NCBI GenBank assembly: GCA_038087875.1
Contig: CM075991.1
Location: 12,898,001 to 12,958,000 of the forward strand
DNA: 60,000 nt
Reading direction: 5' to 3'
Source: Malacoraja senta
Lineage: Eukaryota
Below are positions 36,401-49,849 of this stretch, piece after piece. The position numbers were made by a program, and so were the translations under genes. Numbering within the stretch: position 1 is the first letter of the stretch; each line of letters opens with the position of its first letter. The notes below the pieces were generated by a model. It had not been told where the DNA came from and ran no database searches. It saw only the letters and a program-made list of their open reading frames with translations.

Positions 36401-36960
36401 CCCCTCTCCAGCCCATCCCAGCCCAGCTCAGCCCGTCCCCATCCCCATTCCCATCCCCTCCCCAGCCCAGCTCATCCTCTCCCCTCCCCTCCCCACCCAG
36501 CCCATCCCTACCCCAGCTCAGCCCAGCCCCATTCCCATCCCCACCCCCCCTCCCATCCCAGCCCATCCCAGCCCGTCCCAGCCTATCCCTACCCCATCCC
36601 AGCCCGTCCCAGCCCCATTCCCATCCCTACCCCAGCCCATCTCCATCCCAGCCCCATTCCCATCCCCACTCCCATCCCCTCCCCACCCAGCCCATCCCTA
36701 CCCCAGCTCAGCCCAGCCCCATTCCCATCCCCACCCCCACTCCCGTCCCAGCCCATCCCTACCCCATCCCAGCCCATCCCTACCCCTTCCCAGTCCGTCC
36801 CAGCCCCATTCCCTTCCCTACCCCAGCCCATCTCCATCCCAGCCCCATTCCCATCCCCTCCCTAGCCCAGCCCATCTCCATCCCAGCCCCATTCCCATCC
36901 CCTCCCTAGCCCAGCTCATCACATCTTCACCCTCACTCCATCCCATCCCATTCCAGCCCA
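36400..36960. repeat. C-rich low-complexity pentamer repeat (CCCAT/CCCAG/CCCCT)
   Basis: About 560 bp of degenerate CCCAK units; G-run-rich on the - strand. Confidence 0.9.
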
Positions 36961-36964
36961 GCAC

Positions 36965-37530
36965 ATGTATAAAATATATAGGAAGGAATTACAGATGCGG
37001 GTTTACACCAAAGATAGACACAAAATGCTGGTCTCAAGAAGGGTTTCGACCCGAAATGTCACCCATTCCTTCTATCCAGAGATGCTGCATGTCCTTCTGA
37101 GTTGCTCTAGCATTTTGTGTCTGAATAAAAGTATGTCTGGTTCTTTGGTCAGCCACCTTCGGTCTTCGTCCTTTGTTCTTGACCATTCCGTTAACATAAA
37201 CAGATACATCCCGTGGAGAAATAATGAACTGCAGATGCTGGTTTACCAAAAAAAAGAAACAAAGTAGTGGGGTAACTCAGCGGGTCAGGCAGCATCTGAG
37301 GAGAACATGGGTAGGTGAAGTGTGTGGGAAGGAACTGCAGATGCTGGTTTACACTGAAGATAGACACAAAATGCTGGAGTAACTCAGCGGGACAGGCAGC
37401 ATCTCTGGAGAGAAGGAATGGGTAACGTTTTGGGTCGAGACCCTTCTTCAGATCCAGAGATGCTGCCTGTCCCGCTGAATTACTCCAGCATTTTGTGTCA
37501 ATCTTCAGTGCAGTTCCTGCCTACACATGG
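36965..37530. mobile_element. Cluster of Penelope-type hairpin repeats
   Basis: Several nested or adjacent GGAACTGCAGATGCTGGTTT...GCTGGAGTAACTCAGCGGG arms and their inverted copies. Confidence 0.65.
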
Positions 37531-37819
37531 ACAGGTGATGTTTCCAGTCTTATGTCTTGTTCATTCCATAGACTTTGCTTTCATGACTAAATCCCTCTAT
37601 CAGATCTCGTGGTGTGGATGTGTTCTGTGGTCCCACTAAAGCTTATTTATCTTTCCCAAAGTGTGGCATTCAGAGCTGGACACAATTCTCCAACTGTGAC
37701 TGGTTCATCATGTGTTGGAAGGAACTGCAGGTCAGGCAGCATCTGTGGAAAGGAAAGAGGAAGAGAAACAGAGGTCTGTGTTCTTGTATTTCTTCCTTGC
37801 GGAATAACCTGTTGACTTA

Positions 37820-38520
37820 CTATGACATAGGAGCAGAATTAGGCCATTCGGCCCATTGAGTCTACTCCGCCATTCAATCATGGCTGATCTATTTTTCCCT
37901 CTCAACCACATTCTCCTGGCTTTTCCCTGTAACCTTTGACACCCTTACTAATCAAGAACCTATCAATTTCTGTTTTAAAAATACCCAGACTTGGCCTCCA
38001 CCGCCGTCTGTGGCAATGAATTCCGCAGATTCACCACCCTCTGGCTAAAGAAATTCCTCCTCATCTCCCATCTCCAATGTAAAGGTGTGTTCTATATGGT
38101 TAGACTGTGTCTGGTCATAGACTCTTACCGAATAGTGAAAGGCCAGGACAGAGTGGATGTGGAGAGGATGTTTCCACTTGTGGGAGTGTCTTGGACCAGA
38201 GGCTATAGCCTCAGAATAAAAGGATAGGAGATGAGGAGAAATGTATTGAGTCAAAGGGTGGTGAATCTATGGAATTAATTGCCACAGACGGCCATCAATG
38301 GATATTTGTAAGGCAGAGATTGACAGAATCTTGGTAAGGGTGTCATAGGATAAGATAGAAGGCAGGAGAATGGGGTTGAGAGTGAAAGATTGATCAGCCA
38401 TGATTGAATGGCGGAGAAGACCTGACTGGCCAAATGGCCTAATCTGCTCCCAGAACATATGGACTCTCCCACTACTGGAAACATCCTCTCCACATCCACT
38501 CTATCTGGGCCTTTCAGTGG
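37820..38520. mobile_element. CR1-like 3' fragments in alternating orientation
   Basis: YRIVKGQDRVDVERMFPLVG...RGYSLRIKG on +, flanked by - strand tail fragments. Confidence 0.7.
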
Positions 38521-41159
38521 TGAACAATGACCACTTGGGAAGGTGAGAAGATGGTCAGGGTCTCGGGGATGCCTGCACCCCAGGATTGAGTCACTGTCTC
38601 TTTGTTGGAGGACAAAGGACCATTTTGGTTACTGGTAGACAAAAATGCTGGAGAAACTCAGCGGGTTAGTTATTTCCTTCGCTCCATAGATGCTGCCCCA
38701 CCCGCTGAGTTTCTCCAGCATTTTTGTCTACCTTTGATTTTCCAGCATCTGCAGTTCCTTCTTGAACATCTTGGTTTCTGGGTTGTGATCTTCCTGCCAT
38801 TGGTGCGGGCTGCTTGGAAAACGTAAACAAAAGACTGAGTCTGTAAAGACAGATATCTTGTCTCTCTTGCAGTTAGTTATTATTCTCATAAATATATTCC
38901 TCTTACCCAGAGAACAAACCTCAGATCACTCTGTGCTCCACTCAATTCTGACCCTGTCTGGTTTGGAGTTGCCAATAGTGTTGGTCATGTCAGTGAGGGA
39001 TAATCTGTCATCCATTCCATACATTTGTTCTTTATTCCAACTGTTCTGGGACCTCAAAAGGACACCAAGTGCTGGAGGAACACAGCGGGTTAAGCAGCAT
39101 CTCTAGAGAACATGGATAGGTGACGCTTTGTGTCGAGACCGTTCCTCAGTCTCGACCTGAAACATCACCTATCCATGCTCTCCAGCGATGCTGCCTGACC
39201 TGCTGAGTTCCTCCAGCACTAGGTGTCCCTTTGTGCATTAACCAGCATGTTTGATTTATGTTCTGGGACCTCAGCAATTGGATTCTGGCCTCCACTGCGG
39301 TATTTGAAACCCAATAATAATCCTGCCCTTTAATGCTGAATAGAACAGTCACAGTGTGTCCACAACATGGCTGCAGTCTGTGGACTGATGCCCCTGCTTC
39401 AACCTGCAGGTACATTAAGTAATGCACAAGACAACTCATTGTCCTCTGAGACAGCCAGTGACCAAAAAATACGCACATCTACTATCTACCTCATTGGGTT
39501 CCCTTGGACTATCTTTGATTGGACTTTAGAAGGTAGACAAAAATGCTGGAGAAACTCAGCGGGTGCAGCAGCATCTATGGAGCGAAGGAAATAGGCAACA
39601 TTTTGGGCCGAAACCCTTCTTCAGACTTTGATTGGACTTTATTGGCTTCACCTTGCACTAATAAGTTATTCCCTTATCATGTATCTGTACACTGTAAATG
39701 GCCCGATTGTAATCATGTGTTGTCTTTCCGCTGTCTGGACAGCACGCAAAAAAAGCTTTTCACTGTACCTCGGTACACATGGCAATAAACTAAAACGAAA
39801 ATTAAAAAACTAAAGGAAAACTTTTGTCTTCGTCAAACCACAACAGCTTCATGGTTCTCAACATGTCTGCCCAGAAATTCATCCCAATTTTCCCAAATTG
39901 CTAATAACAAATTATAGGGTTGCAATGCTCTTTTGACTTCAAAACACCAGCCCAGCCATAAATATATTTAACATTACTAACTAGAGATGAATTAGTTTGT
40001 AAGGATTAAAAATGTTTTAAAACACATGGTATGGAGGTTATGCAAATGCATTAAATTGGGGCAGTATTCCTATTAATCTGAAGAAGACTCTTGAACTGAA
40101 ACGTCACCCATTCCTTCTCCCCAGAGATGCTGCCCGTCCCGCTGAGTTACTCCAGCTTTTTGTGTTTATTTCCTATTTTGTAACTTTTCCTCTTTACCTT
40201 GTTGGTCAAAATTGTCCCAAGTGCAAAATTCAGCAGATTCAAAGGAACCGAAACTGAGGAAAAATCTATATACTGGTAAATGAAAGGACGGTACATCAGT
40301 AGACAATTTTACCACTAAAATCTCTTCCCTGTCAGGTGAGTGTAAGTCAAACTGGAAATTCACTATTGCCTGTCTCTGTGGAACATTTACAACGTATAAG
40401 ATGTGCAAACCTGTCAAAACAAAAGCCATGGAGCCCAATTGGCCTTTCCAACATTGGGTATGTAGTCTTGGTTCCCACGTCCCTGCAAGTCCACTTCCAG
40501 GCCCTGTTTAAATCTGATTAGGGCTTCTGCCTTCAGCATCGTTTGCGGCAATGAGTTGAGATACAGAGCTGGAGCAAGGTGGACGATCAGGAACCGTGGA
40601 ACATAGAAGGGAATCTAAGTCTGTCTAGTGGACAAATACTTGACTGAGCACACGGCCGGAATACATCTATTTGAATGCGAGACGTCGGAGAAGTAAACTC
40701 TACTTGGAATATGTGGCTTGTATAAAAGGACAAACAATCTGGACTTGTATTTGGTGAAGTTCAGAAGAACCACTGGCGATTTTATTGAAACATACTAGAT
40801 GCTGGGGGTGTTGATTGGGTTGGACACCATGAGGGTGTTTACTCTTGTGGAAAAATCTGAATCCGTTTTTCAATAAATTTGAGCCCATTTGCGGCAGAGA
40901 TAAGAGAAATTATTTTATTTCACAGTTGCCTGAAAGAGGTATCACTTCACAGCTGAGAGGGTGATGGAAAGGGCGTTTAGCACGCTGGCCTTCATTAGTA
41001 AAGGCTTTCAGTATAGAAGCTGGGACATTCTGTTGCAGTTGTGCAAGCCATTGGCTAGGCCCCTCTTGGAGTATTAGGTTCAGTTTTGGTCAACTTTATA
41101 TAGGAAAGATCCTATTAAGCTTGAAAGAAAGCAGAAAAGATTTAAGAAATGTAGCCAGG

Positions 41160-41615
41160 GGGGCTACGTGAGGATGCTGTTCATAGACTTCAGTTCAGCC
41201 TTCAACATGATAGTCCCCACCAGACTTGCTGAGAAGCTGCTGGAATTGGAGCTCAACACCCCCTGTGTGCCTGGGTCCTGGACTTTCTCACCGCCAGGCC
41301 CCAGGTAGTCAAGATGGGAGGAAATACATCGAAGTCCCTCACCCTGAGCACAGGATCCCCCCCAGGGTTGCGTCCCCAGCCCCCTGCTGTACTCCCGGTA
41401 CACACATGACTGTGTGGCTAGGTTCAGCTCCAACTCTATAATCAAGTTTGCTGATGACACTGTGGTGGTGGGCCTGATCTCCGATAACGATGAGAAGGCC
41501 TACCGGGAGGAGGTGGCTGATCTGACACTCTGGTGTCAAGACAACAGCCTCCTCTTGAATGTCAAAAAAACTAAGGAGCTGATCGTGGACTTTAGGAGGG
41601 CACCACATCCGAGGA
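41160..41615 (+). mobile_element. Rex1/Babar-type reverse transcriptase fragment, frameshifted
   Basis: [14 protein letters not shown]...GSPQGCV...IIKFADDTVVVGLISDNDEKAYREEV...LLLNVKKTKELIVDFRR. Confidence 0.88.
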
Positions 41616-44600
41616 CGTATCTACCCGCCCTCTCTCTGCAGCGCATCCTTGGCCTCTTGTTACTTTGTGAAGCACGTAGATAATTATTAAACATTTCTCC
41701 ATAATATAATTTCAAGTAATTATGTTGATAGTCTGTGAATTATCAGTTGTTATCCATTGCAGGGATTTGAACGTGATCACATTGAAAGGACATGTTAAAC
41801 ACATAAGAAACTACACTTGATCACACACACGTCCTTAGTGAGTATTGGAGGGGCTGAGCCAGTTGTATCCACTGCTTCAATCCTATGTATTCTCGTGCCT
41901 GAGCTACAAACCAGTGGCTGATACAGGAATTGAGAAATTATTTAACAGGCAAACGTAGAAAAGAGAATGATAATGAACCAGGTAAAGGGATAGTAATGGG
42001 ATTGGTTTGGAAGATTCTAGGTGAAGAACTGTCCAGATGTAATGGAGAAAATGACTTGCTTTATTTGCAGTTTTGATGGGATTATCTGAGGAGGTCTGAG
42101 TGCAGTATTTTAGTTGGCAGACCCAGAAGCTGTGACACCCTGCACGCTATGCAGTTTAATCTCCACAGATCCCATGATGTTATCTGAGCTTTGTTTTGAA
42201 GTCAAATCAACATTTTATTTCAGTAACTGCATACCATTCATGTCCAGTTGTTGTGGATGATTATCTTTCAGCAATATATCCAAGAAGAGTTTAAATACTA
42301 ATCCAGATCACATGGTCACAGCATTTACCCAGCGACGTCACACAACACAGAACATATATAGATGTACAATACTCAAACAGGCCCTTCAGCCCACAATGTC
42401 CATACTGAACACAGGGTCGTCTAACAGCATTACCCTGATTTGTAAGCTTGGCTCCAACAAGTGTTGTGTGATTGGCACCAGGCAGGTTTCCATTCGTTCC
42501 CCTGGAGATGGTTATGGATAGACATGATAATTTGGCCATGGAGGCTTGGTTATTGTGTTCATTAAAAATGGACATTGATAGATTTGTGGATATTAAGGGA
42601 ATCCAGGAGTACGGAGATGGTCCTGGAATATTGTGCGAGATAGATTACCCATGATCTTAATGAATGGTGGAACATTGAACATAGAACACTATAGCGGAGG
42701 AAAAGGCCATTCAATCCACAATGTCTGTGCCGAACATCATGCCAAGTTCCTAGGTACAAAATGCTTGAAGGTTTGGATGGCCATTCCTGCTCCTATATCT
42801 TCTGTTTCACATTCTTATGTTGAGGGGGAGAAGTGGGTCGCTGATTGCAGCTTGCGGGAGTTGCGTGAAGAAGCTCCCTCCCCTCATGGCATGACCTCTC
42901 CAGGTGCAAGTATTGAATCTGAATCTCACATGGGTAATAGGAGATACATGATCCGTGGTACTGACGGGTCATTGTAACTAAGGAACAGGCACTCCATCTC
43001 GTCATAGTCACAACTGGCGCAGAAATTAAAACAGAATATCCCGAGAAAGGTCTTTGCTGAAACAACAACCTGATCTCTTCCTCTCTCTCTCCTGGTTTGA
43101 GATCGATCTTGGGCTTTTGTTTCTGACTTTCTTCAATATTTAAAACTTCTATGGAACTAAACTTGTATTGTGTGTATTTGACCAAGTTGACAAGATCTTC
43201 TTTATATTGCTTTAAAAGTCAATGTTCCCAGAAAGAGCGTTCTCACCATTTTCTGCTTTTATTTCGGCTTAGATTCTGCCTGAGAGTCAAAGGAAACGGG
43301 CTTCAACGTGTTATAGTGTGAACGATAGGCAGCTGAAAGCACATTCAATAGCAACTTTGAAAAAGTTTGAGATCAGTAATTGCAGGAAGGAAAAACTACA
43401 GGGCAATAATGGTTGAGCAGGGACAGACACAAAACTCTGGAGTAACTCAGCGGGACAGGCAGCCTCTCCGGAGAGAATGAATGAGTAAAGTTTTATGTCA
43501 GAACCTTTGTTTAGTCCTGAAATGTCACCTCTTCCTATTCTCCAGAGATGCTGCCTGTCCCGCTGAGTTACTCCAGCTTTTTGTGTCTATCTTTGGTTTA
43601 AACCAGCATCTACAGTTCCTTCCTACACATGATTGAGCAGGGAATTGGGGCTGACTGGGGCATTGTGCAATGGTCCAGATGCCAACCATTCTGTGCCGCC
43701 GATTCCAGCAGAGCAACACTCACTCGGTGACCAGTTGCGAGGGTGACACTTCAGGTGATGCTCTTGCAATATCCCATTGCACCACTTGGTGGCGACCTAC
43801 ATGTAAGGTTGATGTCCAGAGGATGACATTACCAGCCTGCAGTCTCTTCAACGTTGCTCTTTCGCCACATGGTGGCAAGAATGAGCTTGTTATTGGAGCA
43901 CAAACATCTGCAATGTTTCTGGAGAGTTGTGGCTTTTTAATGCTGTGGTTCATTTTAATGTTGCAATTTCACCTATAACCAGTCCATAAGCTTTATTCAT
44001 TTTTAACCTACACCCTGTACCACACATCCACTGCCTTGCTCTGGCTGTAGTCATGACTTACATTCCTGGCCAATTTGATTGCACTTTTTCCAATTCCATC
44101 TCTATCTTTCCACTTTCATCACCAACTTTTGTCCACTTCATTAGTCCGTCTTGCTCTTGTTCCATTGCCTGCCTTGTTCTGATTTCACTTCCGGACAATT
44201 TCCAATTCCATAGATGGACACAAACAGCTGGAGTAACTCAGCGGGTCAGACAACATCTCTGGAGAAAAGGAATAGATGACGTTTCAGGTCGAAACCCTTC
44301 TTCAGACTCGATCCGAAACGTTACCTATTCCTTCTCTTCAGATATGCTGCCTGACCTGCCTGTGTCTGTCTTTGGTTTATATCAGCATCTACAGTTCCTA
44401 TCTACACAAAAAATCCTAGGTCCTTGGGAAGATAATTCCATCCTTAATCTTCATTTTTTTCAGCAGGAGAGACCAGGGTTAGGCAGAGGTAGGTTGAATG
44501 TTTTAACATTACTGGTACTGGGTACCTGTGGCTTAATTTGCTCTTAATTCCTACATCCCATGGACATAGATCATGAGTTCCCATATTTCCTTTCCTCATC

Positions 44601-44704
44601 ATTGAATCAAAAGTTTATTTCTACAAAGAAAAACTGCAAATGTTGGATCAAAAGAATGGACTGGAACAGAATCCTCTCTGTGATCAACATTGGATGATGA
44701 TAGA

Positions 44705-44960
44705 AGCAAGGAACGGCACATGCTGGTTTACACAAAAGGACACGCAGTGCCGGAGTAACTCAGCGGGTCAGGCAGCATCTGTAGAGAACATGGATAGGTG
44801 ACGTTTCACAGAGTGCCGGAGTAACTCAGCGGGTCAGGCAGCATCTGTGGAGAACATGGATAGGTGGCGTTTCACAGAGTGCTGGAGTAACTCAGCGGGT
44901 CAGGCAGCATCTGTGGAGAACATGGATAGGTGGCGTTTTGCGTCGGGATCCATCATCAGA
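44705..44960. repeat. Three 66-bp tandem units of the Penelope-type repeat
   Basis: Same unit as at 2481-2678. Confidence 0.8.
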
Positions 44961-47644
44961 CCAGTGGATGATGGCAACTCTCTGCTTTGAACTTTTAGTT
45001 GAAAATGAATCATGGATTTTCAGTGCCCTCTATTCCTCTTTCTGTCAGTTGTTATGCTACTTAATATCTGTGATCCCTCAGAGTGTAAAAGAGTACAGAC
45101 TGCAGACACCACATTCCCTAAGTCAGAGAATGAGCAGATTTTACAACATAGTAAAGGAGGTTTAGTTTTATCATTTTAAACTGAGTTTCCTGATGGTTCA
45201 ACATGTGAAGATCTACTTGCAAGACCACTGATTCATTGAACGGAGCATATTTCAAGCCTCATCCCCACTGTATCCTGAGATACTCACTCTCTGCTGGGAC
45301 AGCAAGCTATTCGGATTCCTGGAAAATTTACCAGGATACCGTGTTTTTATTCCCACTGCCTCCTTTATGGGCACAGGAATTGGGAACAGGAATGAGTTTG
45401 TGTTCATGGAAACGACATCCTCACCTGGGTGCCCATGTGAGTGAAATTTTGAATAACGATCTGTGTTTGTGGGTTTGTATGTTTGGGTGTGCCTTTGGTG
45501 ACAGGGAAACAAAACTGGGAAATAAAGATTTTTGCCCTTGTTTTTTAATTATACAACAGACTGACGTGTGTTTTATAATACCTACCAGACCAGCTGATCT
45601 CAGCAGCATTGAGAACCTTGTTTGTGTACCTAATCCTCATATACTGGGACATGGTCTTAGCTCCCTCCCACATTGCCATGCACTCGTCTGACACTGGCTC
45701 CCGGTCTCTGGAATTCTCTATCCCAGAAGGTTATGGATGCTGGATCATTGGGGAGTGTTTACAGAGGAAGTAGATAAATCTTTGAAAAGATCAGGGAATT
45801 GAGGGCTTTGGTGAATTGGCACAGGAGAGGAGATGAGGTCTGGGACAGTTCATCCATGATCGTGTTGCATTAGGGTAGACTCGAGACAAAGTATACTAAC
45901 TCTTACGTCCTTATAAGATAGACACAAAAAGCTGGAGCAACTCAGCGGGTCAGCTTTTTACTCCAGCTTTTTGTGTCTATCTTCGGTTTAAACCAGCATA
46001 TACAGTTCTTCCCTGCATCCGATGACCTGATGTTTTTTTGAGTTTCACTGGGTTTCTAGCTTGCACCAACAATTATTTTTATAAAGGGCAAACTCATGCT
46101 AAGCATCCGAACCTTTCAGTGTCGAGGTGGGCAGAGTTACATTGAACATTTTTTTGTAAGGAGAGGGTTAAACTCAGACAACACATCAAGTGATTCATTG
46201 AAGGTACACATTGAGTTGCCTACAGAATAATATTAGTTTCAATGTTGTTTTAAGTTGACCTGTTTTCTCCTTATCTGAACTATGTCCAGTTGATCATGAC
46301 AGCGTACGTATAATTTGAGAGTTTTACTTGAATCGTAGGTGCTGATTGCAGGGATACTGATTGCATTGTCTTAAAAATAACCTTGCATTCAAGGTAAGCT
46401 TTCAGGCAGATATGCAAGGAGCTACAGCCAGCATCTTCAAAGCTTCACCAAGCAGTTGCCTGCCTGGAACCAAGCTTATTCAAGCCGTTATCCCTGGTGA
46501 TGCAATGTGTGAGGGCTAGTGCCTGGGGTTGGGGTCTCCTGCTGTGATGTTCACTGCAGACCTGCTACACCGAAGCCGAGAGATCATTTTCCACTCTCCG
46601 ATTGCAGAGACATGCCCCCTGCTGCTGTTTTTAATAGACATGCCAAACAGTGTGGCTGTGAAGTGAGGACTTTCCCTTCTGCAGGACAGGCTGCAGATCC
46701 TAATGAAGATGAAACAATGGTACCAGGAGAAAGAAGAGGAGAAATATGCTTCAATTAGTTCATTTACTCTGCCTGCTATCATGTCCCCTCTGAAGTGCTG
46801 GCAGTGCTGGAGGAGTAATGGGGTGACACTGTGATTCATGGCTTTCAAAGGCCTTTGCCTGGCGCTGCACATGATCTGTTTACACAGACCCGCGAGAGAA
46901 AGAGGACAAATCACACACAAGGTGCCATAGGGACACAATTTCCTTGAATTACATTTTCTGACGGAGGTTCAGGGGACTGTGTCTCGTTCTGGGGTTTGAA
47001 TAGTTTGGCTCGTGTAGTGGGCCAAAGTGACCCAGCACGGCAGCTATTGCTGTCACCTTCCCCCTCATTGTAGGCGCCTGATAGAAATATGCTGCTCAAT
47101 GGTGCAACAGAGAGGAGCTGCGTACCCATTAACCTTCTCCTGACAGTGACACAAACCATTACGCACCAAGTCTTCCTTCACTTCTTCAATGAAAAAAGGT
47201 GTTCAATGCTCCCATTTAAATAAAGCAAGTGCAAATACAGTCCGGGTAGCATGGCCTAAATAAATAGATCAGTATGTACGGACCCTGTGCACACAATGAC
47301 AGGCTACAGAGCAGCTTGTACACAGAGTGTGTATAGTATGGTAATGCACAGCTGATGCTCACAGAGGTCAATGTGGTACACATTCAGGTACACAGCGACA
47401 GTGTACAAGAGCAGTGTTTCAGTTTTGGACATTACATCTTCAATCAGTATCCTGGAATAGCGGAATATAAAATGAACTCAAACTTTCCCTCTCCTGGTCA
47501 CAATCCGTAACTCCTGCTGGAACAGACAAACAACAAACTCCTGCTTGCACATCCTTCAAGGGCAGCTTGGATCTAGATTTAAATACCCTGCTCCCTGGCC
47601 CCGTATTGGTGCCCGATATATAGCTTTGTGGGCTCAGAATGCTC

Positions 47645-49729
<2,085 letters not shown>

Positions 49730-49849
49730 GCGGTGATGAACTACCGCTGTGCCGATGGTGCTTGGCGAGGATCAGAAATGGAAGTAAGTGGGTGATTGTG
49801 GCTTTGGTGAGCGTTTCCAATCTGTCCAGCACAGAGCCACTGAGTGTTA

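Noticed and set aside
36356..36865. 169-aa Pro-rich ORF
   Set aside because: Translation of the C-rich pentamer repeat.
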